Virus record (IMG/VR): IMGVR_UViG_3300021387_000147
Strand: one strand, 5' to 3'
Source: a virus
Taxonomy: Duplodnaviria > Caudoviricetes
DNA length: 64,000 nucleotides
The translations under genes were made by a program, and so were the position numbers. The notes below the pieces were generated by a model. That model saw only the letters and a list, made by a program, of their open reading frames with translations, searched no databases and was not told where the DNA came from. Each line of letters begins with the position of its first letter. Position 1 is the stretch's first letter. Below, piece after piece: positions 38,967 through 47,830 of the stretch.

Positions 38967-40505
38967 ATGTTTAGTGATTATTTGAATAAACAATTTTATT
39001 CTTTTATGGATTCTTTAAAGATAAATTCTTTAAAGAAGAAAAAACATAAACCAATTAATGAAAAGTTTAATTTAATTGGATCAATTGAAATAAGTAAAGA
39101 TAATCCATATAAAGAAATAGTTTTATTTAATTTATTAGTTAATCAAACAAAACCTTTAAATGGTTTATATATTCATTTGAATCTAATAGATTATCCTAAT
39201 AAAGAAAAAGATTTAGAATTATCATTACAGTCATTATTACTTGAATTTAGTGATATTATAATAGTCAAATGGCATGATTATCCATCTGAATTTAATGTAT
39301 TATCAGTCTATCCTTTTCATAGTGTAGACCATGTTTATCTATTTGACCAATATACAGAATATGATAATGATACAGTCAATTATTTCTTTGAAAATAGAAA
39401 AGATAGAGTAATACAGAATTTAAGTAGTGATAACTTCCATAAAAAAAGAATTTATAAAAATAGTATCTTTCTTTATAATTTAAATGATGATACTTATGAA
39501 TGTAAAGAAAGAGAAAATGTAAAAATACCATGTATTGAAAACATGGTCAAAAAAGATGTATTCATTCCAGCATTTACAATAGATGAAAAATTTGATATAG
39601 ATGCTTTACATAGATTCTATAATAATCATATAGAATTGTTTAATATAGTTAATTCATTTAAGAATGAATACAGTATTGCAATTACAGATAAGAATTATAA
39701 TAACTATAAAGAAAAAGGTCTTGAAATGGACCTTTATAGAATATTGCATGATAGCGATATAAAAGAAGCTTGGCAAAAAGTATTTCCAGGTTATGATTTT
39801 TCTTTATATGGAAATATAAACATTCAAGGTATTTTGAATAGTACCATTGAAGTTGCTTCTATTGGATATAATTTCCCAGAATTTTTAATTGAGAATTTAA
39901 ATACAATTAGACATAAGATAATTGGTAAGATTGATAAGATAACATTATTGGAAAATAGTCATCATTATCAATTGAGTATGAATAGTAATGTTAGAGATGT
40001 ATTAGCTCTACGTATGCAAAATATCAATTATCTTAATAATATGACTAACCAATATTTTGATAGAACTTGGCCTAATAGAGATGAGAAACCATATTATGGT
40101 TTCCACATGTATGAAGATAGTGTCAAGTATCTTTATGATAACTGTGAACAAGATTATTTGATTATCTTTAATACTAAGGTTATATTAAAGAGTGAATTAT
40201 TATATGATGAAAATGATGTATATTGTGAATATGGCGATTACATCAAAATCTTTAATATGAAAAAGTTGAAAGAATTAAATATAAAATTTGATTCATTTGA
40301 TCAGTTTTTGAAAGAACTTGAACAAAAAGATATAAAGATAACTAAATTGGAAATGGATGCAAAGACAATTACATTGCCAATAGATTTTGATAAATACAAT
40401 GGTGTAATGTTTATCTTTGCAAGATTGAGATATAGAGTAATACAGAAATACTTGCGTGATCATGGAGTGAGCTTAGTTTATGATAAATTTTGGAATAGTC
40501 GATAA
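38967..40505 (+). CDS. hypothetical protein with degenerate GT-A-like segments
   Basis: LVNQTKP...I.L.L segment and ITLLENS...DYLIIF segment resemble the neighbouring GTs but lack an intact DxD. Confidence 0.5.
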   Translation: MFSDYLNKQFYSFMDSLKINSLKKKKHKPINEKFNLIGSIEISKDNPYKEIVLFNLLVNQTKPLNGLYIHLNLIDYPNKEKDLELSLQSLLLEFSDIIIVKWHDYPSEFNVLSVYPFHSVDHVYLFDQYTEYDNDTVNYFFENRKDRVIQNLSSDNFHKKRIYKNSIFLYNLNDDTYECKERENVKIPCIENMVKKDVFIPAFTIDEKFDIDALHRFYNNHIELFNIVNSFKNEYSIAITDKNYNNYKEKGLEMDLYRILHDSDIKEAWQKVFPGYDFSLYGNINIQGILNSTIEVASIGYNFPEFLIENLNTIRHKIIGKIDKITLLENSHHYQLSMNSNVRDVLALRMQNINYLNNMTNQYFDRTWPNRDEKPYYGFHMYEDSVKYLYDNCEQDYLIIFNTKVILKSELLYDENDVYCEYGDYIKIFNMKKLKELNIKFDSFDQFLKELEQKDIKITKLEMDAKTITLPIDFDKYNGVMFIFARLRYRVIQKYLRDHGVSLVYDKFWNSR

Positions 40506-41613
40506 TGAGAATGCTCAGCAAGTATATTACTTGTTGAAGAGTATTAAAAAGAATTGTAAGTTTGATTATACGATAACATTAATAGAATGTAGTAAAAACA
40601 ATCCTATCAAGAATGTAATTGATGGTGTTACAAAATATGTAACTGATTTTGACAAAGCACATTCTACATTAAAATACTATATCAAAGAAAATCTTTGTAT
40701 TTTAAATCCTAACATCCTAATAAAGAAAGATTTTAGAATAGAAGACGTGTCAGAGCCATTCATTTTTGGAGAAAATTGTTATTTTTTACCTAGAACAGAT
40801 GAGCTAGAAGAATATAAAAAGACAGTAGATTTACCTGTAGAAATATGGGATAAAGAGTCTAATTATATAGATTGGCTTTATAAACATGAACATGATTGGA
40901 AATTCTATTATGAAGATTTTATTGTGTCTATGACAACATGGCATAAGAGAATTCATGATAATGCAACCTATGAAGCATTAGAGAGTTTTGTAAATCAGAA
41001 ATGTGATTATACTTATAAAGTTATAATTGTTCTTGCTGAAGAAGAATTTGGAAAAGAAGTTCCAGCTAGAATGAAAGAATTTGTAGATAATCATAGTGAT
41101 AAGGTTGAAATTTTATGGACTTATAAAGATACACGTCCATTAAAGAAATTAGACCCTACAATGGAAAAATATCCTGAATGTCCTATTGTTACATTAGACG
41201 ATGATGATATTCTAGATGAGAATGATTTACAAAAGTTATACATACAACACATGGAAGATCCATGGTCTGTATATGGTTCTTTAATTGAGAATGGATATGG
41301 AATAGAAAATTTCGATTATGTCTGTAAATGGGTAGCAAATTGTAGAATATGGCCACCACATTGTTTATATAATTTTCCATTAAATGATTTTTATGAATAC
41401 TTTGGTGGAATACTTGATGATAACTTCAATGCGGTAAGATGTTTATATAAGATGACACCTGTAAAAGAAATAAAGAATATTCTAAGTCATAAGAAGAATG
41501 ACAGTGAAATTAAGTTGACTTATGAATATGCAGATACAGACTGGCCTAATTTGTATTCTAACTTTATTATGCAACATTTAGAAGAGTTGCCACCGGATTT
41601 ATTGTATGAGTGA
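40480..41613 (+). CDS. GT-A glycosyltransferase-like protein
   Basis: IVSMTTWHKRI, KKLDP, IVTLDDD; C-half paralogous to 31964-32560. Confidence 0.72.
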   Translation: MINFGIVDNENAQQVYYLLKSIKKNCKFDYTITLIECSKNNPIKNVIDGVTKYVTDFDKAHSTLKYYIKENLCILNPNILIKKDFRIEDVSEPFIFGENCYFLPRTDELEEYKKTVDLPVEIWDKESNYIDWLYKHEHDWKFYYEDFIVSMTTWHKRIHDNATYEALESFVNQKCDYTYKVIIVLAEEEFGKEVPARMKEFVDNHSDKVEILWTYKDTRPLKKLDPTMEKYPECPIVTLDDDDILDENDLQKLYIQHMEDPWSVYGSLIENGYGIENFDYVCKWVANCRIWPPHCLYNFPLNDFYEYFGGILDDNFNAVRCLYKMTPVKEIKNILSHKKNDSEIKLTYEYADTDWPNLYSNFIMQHLEELPPDLLYE

Positions 41614-43126
41614 TATAGTTTATTTAGAAAAAGTAAATGAAACAGTAGTTAAAGTAGATTGTAATGACGAAGTAGCACATAATTTATATTGTCGTTATTC
41701 TGCTTATTCTCCTGGTTATATTTTCAATCCTAGATATAAGATGCACGTCTGGGATGGTATGATACACATGTATACTCCAAGAAGTAGTACCATTCCTATG
41801 GGTCTTTTACCTGACGTTATTCGTTATTTTGATAAAGAAGGTATTGAATATAAATTATCTAATTTCACCAATATGATTGATGAAAATATAGATGATTGGT
41901 TTGAACAACAAATGAAAGCAAATATGGTTAATGCACCATATCCTTTACGTGATTATCAGAAAGAAGCTATTTACGCAGCATTAAAGAATAAGAAAGGTAT
42001 TCTACTTTCTTGTACTTCTTCTGGTAAATCCTTAATGATTTTCAATATCATTGTGACTTTATTGACACAAAAGAAATTAAAGAAGACTATGATTGTTGTT
42101 CCTAACAAAACCCTAGTTGAACAGTTGTATAAAGATTTTATTGACTATGGATGGAAGAACATTGATATTTGTGTCACAAAATTATATGATGAAGAAAAGA
42201 AGAATGTAGATTTTAGAAAGCCAGTATTGATTACAACTTGGCAATCAATCTATAAGAAAGAAAAATCTTTCTTTGAAGATTATCAAGCAGTAATATGTGA
42301 TGAAGCTCACCAGAGTAAAGCACAAGCATTATCTACAATCTTAAAATCATGTACAAATGCAAGTTATAAGATTGGTACTACTGGTACTTTATCTACAGAA
42401 GCATCAGATAATTTGACTATTCAGAGTATTTTAGGAGATATTCTATTTGAACTTAGAAGTAAGGATTTGATTGAAAAAGGTTATTTAACAAAGATTACTA
42501 TTGCAAATATCTTAGTCAAATATCCTATGGAGTTTATTAAGACTCATAAGAATTTGCAATATCCTGAAGAAGTTAGATATGTAGAAGAATATCCTGAACG
42601 TAATAAAGCGCTAGATTTAATCCTGGACCATACTCCAGAGACTCATAATATCTTATTGCTAGTAAACCATCGTGATCATGAAAAAAGCCTCCAGGAATAC
42701 CTGAAAGCGAAATATCCTAATAAGAAAGTAAGTATTATTGATGGCTCTGTAAAAGCAAAAGAAAGAGAAAGTATTAGAACTGGAATTGAAAATGAAGATG
42801 GAACTATTTTGTTAGCAACTTTTGGAACTATGTCTACTGGTGTTAACATTCCTAAACTTCATGCAGTTGTATTATATTCTAATTCTAAGAGTAAGATTAA
42901 GGTTTTACAGAGTATTGGACGTGGATTGAGAAAGCATAATACAAAGTCTCATGTTATCTTATATGATATTATTGATGATTTGTCTTATTTTACACCAAGA
43001 GGTAAACATAAGAAGAATTACTTATATCAGCATTGGGAAGAAAGAACAAAGTATTATGTTGAACAAGAATTCCCACAAATTACAACTAATTTAAAGTTGG
43101 AGTATCATCCTGAGGATCAGGAATAA
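41606..43126 (+). CDS. uvsW: UvsW-like SF2 DNA helicase
   Basis: WDG.I, LRDYQ, TSSGKS (Walker A), DEAH, GTTGT, STGVNI, LQSIGRGLR. Confidence 0.93.
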   Translation: MSDIVYLEKVNETVVKVDCNDEVAHNLYCRYSAYSPGYIFNPRYKMHVWDGMIHMYTPRSSTIPMGLLPDVIRYFDKEGIEYKLSNFTNMIDENIDDWFEQQMKANMVNAPYPLRDYQKEAIYAALKNKKGILLSCTSSGKSLMIFNIIVTLLTQKKLKKTMIVVPNKTLVEQLYKDFIDYGWKNIDICVTKLYDEEKKNVDFRKPVLITTWQSIYKKEKSFFEDYQAVICDEAHQSKAQALSTILKSCTNASYKIGTTGTLSTEASDNLTIQSILGDILFELRSKDLIEKGYLTKITIANILVKYPMEFIKTHKNLQYPEEVRYVEEYPERNKALDLILDHTPETHNILLLVNHRDHEKSLQEYLKAKYPNKKVSIIDGSVKAKERESIRTGIENEDGTILLATFGTMSTGVNIPKLHAVVLYSNSKSKIKVLQSIGRGLRKHNTKSHVILYDIIDDLSYFTPRGKHKKNYLYQHWEERTKYYVEQEFPQITTNLKLEYHPEDQE

Positions 43127-43448
43127 ACTCTTGATCTGCTATATGTTTGATAGCTTCTAATTTGTGATATTTTTTATTTCTATGATATATTTTAGTTATA
43201 TCATAGATTTTTTTTGTAAATTTTTCTTTGTCCCAATTGAATGTATCAATATTGGGTTTATTTGATAATAAATCTACGTAGATAAAGCGGACTACTATAT
43301 TATCTTTATTTTCACAGATGAAACCAAATGTATCATCTTTTTCATATCCAAAATAAAAATAATTGTCACCAAATGGATATACATTTATACCCAATGTTTT
43401 TATATAATCAATTACTTCTTGACTTGCATTAGAGAAAAAGACGTCCAT
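43086..43448 (-). CDS. isolated member of the C-terminal-tag family
   Basis: KYHKLEAIKHIADQE near the C-terminus; TATAAATA-N4-ATG start. Confidence 0.65.
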   Translation of the reverse strand: MDVFFSNASQEVIDYIKTLGINVYPFGDNYFYFGYEKDDTFGFICENKDNIVVRFIYVDLLSNKPNIDTFNWDKEKFTKKIYDITKIYHRNKKYHKLEAIKHIADQEFIPDPQDDTPTLN

Positions 43449-43460
43449 AAAGTATTTATA

Positions 43461-43492
43461 AAAAAAGAACCACTCTTGCGAGTGGTCTTTTT
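43461..43492 (-). terminator. terminator of the capsid operon
   Basis: ACCACTC/GAGTGGT stem flanked by A- and T-runs. Confidence 0.75.
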
Positions 43493-43511
43493 AATTTTGT
43501 TTAATCAAAGA

Positions 43512-43961
43512 TTAGACAGTCTTGTCAACATCTTCCTTAGATGCTACTGGACGGAAAGAAGCTACGTCAATTCCCTGAGGAACTTTTTCAATATCTTCAA
43601 CCTTGTAGTATGCATCTGTTGGAGCTTCGAATACCTTTTCTGAAACTGCGGAAGTTGCAGAGAATGGCTGTCCGAAAGATACTGCTGTTGCGTAATCTGG
43701 TGAGAACAATGCAGAACCGTCAGTATCACCTGATAGAGTTTCTACACCCTTGAAATCACCTGGATTCCAACCTGACTGTGGTGTGTTAACAGTACGCTTA
43801 TTATAACCTTCTGGGTCCTTAATATCGTATGCTAACTTTGTGTAAATACCATCACGCCATGTTGTCTTACCATCTTTTTCTGTAACTACGTACTTCAAAT
43901 CTTGTTCGTAGTCATTTCCCATTCCGTATAGACCTGGATTCTGTAATGTTTTGTAAGCCAT
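43512..43961 (-). CDS. putative capsid accessory/decoration protein
   Basis: Immediately downstream of MCP, strong AGGAGG SD, codon usage like the MCP. Confidence 0.5.
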   Translation of the reverse strand: MAYKTLQNPGLYGMGNDYEQDLKYVVTEKDGKTTWRDGIYTKLAYDIKDPEGYNKRTVNTPQSGWNPGDFKGVETLSGDTDGSALFSPDYATAVSFGQPFSATSAVSEKVFEAPTDAYYKVEDIEKVPQGIDVASFRPVASKEDVDKTV

Positions 43962-43985
43962 TATATATTTCCTCCTACTAAAAAA

Positions 43986-45290
43986 TTACCATACTAGATC
44001 TGTAGACATGCCGTCTGAGAATAGACCATTGAACTTCAATAGACGATAGTAGTTTTCAGCTCCCAACATATTTGTTGCGAATCCATAACGAGACATAATA
44101 CCAACACGTGGTGAGAAGTCGTTTGGATCAACTGCCTGGTTGATAACACCAGTTACGTATGGGCAGAATACTACACCAGCATCAGACAATGAAGAACCCT
44201 TATATGCTAATAGAACTTCACCGTTATCAGTTGTACCATCTTCAGATACAGCGTACTGATCACAGTATACCTTGATTGAATTGTTTAGAGTACCGATTTC
44301 TGGAGTGACTAGAGAACCGTTAACGTCGTGCTGAATCTTGTTGAAGAATGGAGCAGCTGACTGTAGAACTGTAGCCATATCTGGAGAAACTACTGCGATG
44401 TTTGCAGCGCCTCTACGAGTAGCGGTACGAATATCGTTTGCAGCCTTTTGGATCTGTGTAACGATGTTTGAATATCTTTCCTGAGACCAACGTCCGATGA
44501 TACCATCGTAATTAGACTTATAATCTTCACCAGAAGCCTTATTGTAAATCTTTGGTGTACATAGAGACTTACAACGACCGATTGTTTCACGGTCCATTTC
44601 TGCGGTCATTTCTGCCTGAAGAACGTTAATCATTTCAGACATCATTTCAATACCCTGCATTGCCTTAATATCAGCTGCAGATTCTAGAGAGAATGATGCT
44701 GCTAGTTTACGTGTCTTAGCAACGATAGACTGTCTTGACAACATTAGGCCTAGTTCTGGCATCTTACGATCACCAGTCTTTGTGATTCCCCAACCTTCAC
44801 CGGTCTGAGTATCAACACCAGTACCTGCATCGTATGCTCCATCAGTGTTCTGTGTAGAACCTGTGAAACCAGAGAAACGAGGAACTGCCTTCCATGCTGC
44901 TTCAACTAATTCTGTTGGATCGTTTGTCTTATAAATGTAACGTAGTGCGAATGCCAAACCAACTGGACCATTCAATGGCTGAACACCAACCAATACGTTA
45001 GCGAATAATTGTGGGAATACTCTACGTACTAGTGCCATAGAAATAGGTGCAAAAACACCCTTTGCGTCACCACCGTGTGGAATACCCTGGTCTAGACCAA
45101 GAGGTGCACCAACACCCTGTGTGAAATCTTCTGTTAGAAGATTTTCAGAAAGGTTGCCCTTATTCTGGTTTTCTAGTAGACGAGCAGTGTTCATACGAAC
45201 ATTATAATCTTTAATTGAAGAAACAGACAAAGAACCTGGTGCCTTTGACCATTTATCCAATAATGATGCTTGTGCTTGACTAATTTTCAT
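43986..45290 (-). CDS. major capsid protein (T4 gp23-like); start re-called to 45290
   Basis: ARLLENQ, LVRRVFP.L.A...VGVQP..GP.GL.FALRY, AKTRKL, CPYV, DP..F.P.VG.MSRY; AGGAG SD before MKISQ. Confidence 0.95.
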   Translation of the reverse strand: MKISQAQASLLDKWSKAPGSLSVSSIKDYNVRMNTARLLENQNKGNLSENLLTEDFTQGVGAPLGLDQGIPHGGDAKGVFAPISMALVRRVFPQLFANVLVGVQPLNGPVGLAFALRYIYKTNDPTELVEAAWKAVPRFSGFTGSTQNTDGAYDAGTGVDTQTGEGWGITKTGDRKMPELGLMLSRQSIVAKTRKLAASFSLESAADIKAMQGIEMMSEMINVLQAEMTAEMDRETIGRCKSLCTPKIYNKASGEDYKSNYDGIIGRWSQERYSNIVTQIQKAANDIRTATRRGAANIAVVSPDMATVLQSAAPFFNKIQHDVNGSLVTPEIGTLNNSIKVYCDQYAVSEDGTTDNGEVLLAYKGSSLSDAGVVFCPYVTGVINQAVDPNDFSPRVGIMSRYGFATNMLGAENYYRLLKFNGLFSDGMSTDLVW

Positions 45291-45334
45291 TTGTTTATCT
45301 CCTATAAATAAATTATTTTTTAATTTACTTATTA

Positions 45335-45342
45335 TATTTATA
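45335..45342 (-). promoter_or_regulatory. T4-type late promoter for MCP
   Basis: TATAAATA about 45 nt upstream of the MCP start. Confidence 0.7.
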
Positions 45343-45368
45343 TAATTAACCAATTATTTTTTGCAAAA

Positions 45369-46343
45369 CTACTCATCGTCGCAATAACGAGCGCTTCTTA
45401 GCAAGTCTTCTTCGTTTCTTGATAATGGGCGTGGACGTTTGTAGCCTTCGTTAATGTTTTCTGTTTTGTCTTCGACGAATGCTGACTGACGTTTTGCGCG
45501 TTGAGCACGTTCAAACAAGCGTTGACGGTCTTCACGTAGTGCACGGATTTGGTCTGCTTCTTCATCTAGCATTTCAATACAATTGTCGATGTCTTTCTTT
45601 GTTTCAGAAAAAGTTTTGTTTTCAAATAGACGATTGACTTTTGCTTTCTGACGTGGAGTCATTCCTTCAGTCTTTTCAGCAATCAATGCTTTCTTTGAAT
45701 TAACTTCAGCAACTTCGGCTAAACGAAGATTTTCAGACAATTGCTTCTTCAATGACTTTTGAAGTTCTGCATTTTCTGCCTTCATTTCACGAATCTTCTT
45801 AGCACCGGTTAAGTCAAGTGGAATATACTGTTCTTCAAACAATGACTTAACGCCATCGATGATAGGTGCATACATTTCACTCATAGCTGTCTTCTGAATC
45901 AATTTTGGACCAATCTTTTCCTTGATATTAAATTCTAGATACTTGTCGATACCAGTAATAACTTTGTTTTCGATAGCCTTTAGTTCTTCACCGTATTTTT
46001 CTCTGAACTTTTCTTCTAGTTGGTTGAATACGAATGCTTCTGAAGCTTCATCAAGAGATTTTGCGTATGCCTGAACCTTTTCGTTTGCTTCTTTTTCATA
46101 CTGGTCTTTGATCTTCTGACAGTATAATTTAGCCATTTCTTCAGTTTCAGCGGTAATCTTTTGTTTAGCTTCTGCGATCTGTTTCTTACACCAATCTGCA
46201 GATTTTTCGGCTAGAACTCTTGCTTCTTTATCTGAGTTAATCTTTACTTTAGCTTCAACTGCTTCATCGAATGACTTCTTAATATCATTCAAGTCTTCAG
46301 CTTGAACTCCTAAAGTAGCTAGTTTTTCAAGAATTTTATCCAT
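45369..46343 (-). CDS. prohead core scaffold protein (T4 gp22-like)
   Basis: Coiled coil with F.EAVEAK, ID.YL, G.KSLF.E.YI, GMT..QK.K...L; directly upstream of MCP; GGAGG SD before ATG 46343. Confidence 0.85.
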   Translation of the reverse strand: MDKILEKLATLGVQAEDLNDIKKSFDEAVEAKVKINSDKEARVLAEKSADWCKKQIAEAKQKITAETEEMAKLYCQKIKDQYEKEANEKVQAYAKSLDEASEAFVFNQLEEKFREKYGEELKAIENKVITGIDKYLEFNIKEKIGPKLIQKTAMSEMYAPIIDGVKSLFEEQYIPLDLTGAKKIREMKAENAELQKSLKKQLSENLRLAEVAEVNSKKALIAEKTEGMTPRQKAKVNRLFENKTFSETKKDIDNCIEMLDEEADQIRALREDRQRLFERAQRAKRQSAFVEDKTENINEGYKRPRPLSRNEEDLLRSARYCDDE

Positions 46344-46426
46344 TTTTGATTCCTCCAAATTTAGAAAATAATTTTATTTTTATTTTCATATCTTATTTAT
46401 GACTATTATAGAGCCGAATTTTGCAT

Positions 46427-46460
46427 AAAAAAAGCTCATTGGTTTTCGCGTCCAATGAGC
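46427..46460 (-). terminator. rho-independent terminator
   Basis: Perfect 9-bp stem followed by T7 on the minus strand. Confidence 0.8.
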
Positions 46461-46500
46461 CCGAGAATAGCATTTTCTCTATAGCAATTTAGCAATTTAG
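46427..46500 (-). ncRNA. candidate ~75-nt late small RNA with UGCUA repeats
   Basis: TATAAATA at 46506-46513, then (TTGCTAAA)n, a GAGAA/TTCTC hairpin and a GCTCATTGG/CCAATGAGC-T7 terminator. Confidence 0.5.
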
Positions 46501-46538
46501 CAATATATTTATAACTTTCGTTTTGTCACTTTTTGCAA

Positions 46539-47132
46539 TTAGTTTTCAGTTGGGACTACTTCGAATGATGAATAAGAGAATGTAACTGAACGTTGAATCT
46601 TACCATCATCTTCCATACCCAAGTCTACTGAAGATACAGTCTTTGGCCATACTCTATATAGACGCCATTCAACTGGTAGTTTTCTCTTTAAAGTAGAATC
46701 GAACAAAACAATCTTCATAGTACCACAGTAATCTTTAGCATAATTACTCATAGCACCACCAGTCAAGTTTCCGTTTGCTACGTCAATATCATCACGGAAG
46801 CCATGGTTAAAGATTAAGTTCTGCCAATGGTGGAAAGCTGTAGATACCCATAGGTCTTGGAATTCATCGAAGTTGACAGTTACGTCACCTGCAACGTTTG
46901 CCTTACCTGGATAAATTAGCTTTGAACCCATATATTCAGTAGTCATATCAGTAAATTCCTTCTGAGGAATTGTGACAGTCTTTGCTCTGAACATAAATGG
47001 CTGTTGACCAACCATATCTTGTAATTGCTGTGATTCGAATTCGATTACAACCTGGAATAGATACTTCTTTGCTAAGTCAGGAAGGTTAGCAATTTCGGTT
47101 GTAAATACGCTCATATTATTTTCTACTGGCAT
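46539..47132 (-). CDS. tail tube protein (T4 gp19-like)
   Basis: LAK.YLF.V, F..K.V.IP, Y.G.....PG, WP..VS..DL, VTF.Y. Confidence 0.85.
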   Translation of the reverse strand: MPVENNMSVFTTEIANLPDLAKKYLFQVVIEFESQQLQDMVGQQPFMFRAKTVTIPQKEFTDMTTEYMGSKLIYPGKANVAGDVTVNFDEFQDLWVSTAFHHWQNLIFNHGFRDDIDVANGNLTGGAMSNYAKDYCGTMKIVLFDSTLKRKLPVEWRLYRVWPKTVSSVDLGMEDDGKIQRSVTFSYSSFEVVPTEN

Positions 47133-47144
47133 TTATAACTCTCC

Positions 47145-47522
47145 TTATTGATGTAGAACAATAGTTGGTGCAACCTGTGGCTGACCTGTTGGATCTTCCA
47201 ATTTAGCGTCACCGATATGTGTATCTGTTGCAACTTGTAATGGTGCGTTTAATGTGTGAGTGTGACCATCACCTGCTGGCCATACTTTACCGTCTACAAT
47301 TTGGTGAACGTGACCACCGACACTTGCTTGACCTTGACAATCTGGTGCGGCGATAGCATCACTAGTATAACCATAGCCAAATTCATTCCAGATAATATAA
47401 TCGTGTCTATGAGGTCCCATCCAATTAGAACCTGAGAATACGTCAGTATATCCTAACTGAGATGTATTCTCATTTAGGGTAGCCTTTTCGCATTCATTTT
47501 TCATGTATTCTGCTAAATTCAT
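47145..47522 (-). CDS. His-motif protein (HxH repeats), possibly metal-binding head protein
   Basis: PHRHDY, GHVHQI, GHTHTL; N-terminal MNLAEY...LNE. Confidence 0.6.
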   Translation of the reverse strand: MNLAEYMKNECEKATLNENTSQLGYTDVFSGSNWMGPHRHDYIIWNEFGYGYTSDAIAAPDCQGQASVGGHVHQIVDGKVWPAGDGHTHTLNAPLQVATDTHIGDAKLEDPTGQPQVAPTIVLHQ

Positions 47523-47532
47523 TCATTACCTC

Positions 47533-47796
47533 TTAGTCAAGAAAAGAATGAGATTCCAAGAAATTATTTAGCAATTCTTCATTTGTTTCTGATAAGTATG
47601 CAATAATTTCCTTAGCAAAATCATCACCGTTAATTTCTCCAGCATCGATAGCGTTAATGACAGTTGTTGCCATGTCTAAAGATTCTGCATCGTCATCGAA
47701 ATCATCGATGCCTTCTAGAATAACATCGTAGCCAGCGTCATTTAAAACTTTCTTTGCTTCATCAATTTCTTGCATTGTTTCGCTGAAATTCTTCAT
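47533..47796 (-). CDS. small acidic putative prohead core/internal protein
   Basis: MKNFSE...IDEAKKVLNDAGY..ILE; located downstream of the portal, where T4 has gp67. Confidence 0.5.
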   Translation of the reverse strand: MKNFSETMQEIDEAKKVLNDAGYDVILEGIDDFDDDAESLDMATTVINAIDAGEINGDDFAKEIIAYLSETNEELLNNFLESHSFLD

Positions 47797-47830
47797 AATT
47801 TTATACTCCTATATTCTATTTATATAGTTA

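Noticed and set aside
45291-45353. 21-aa N-terminal extension of MCP in the ORF track
   Set aside because: It spans the late promoter; the SD supports ATG 45290
46480-46505. Mini CRISPR-like repeat (TTTAGCAA)n
   Set aside because: 8-nt tandem units with no spacers and no cas genes
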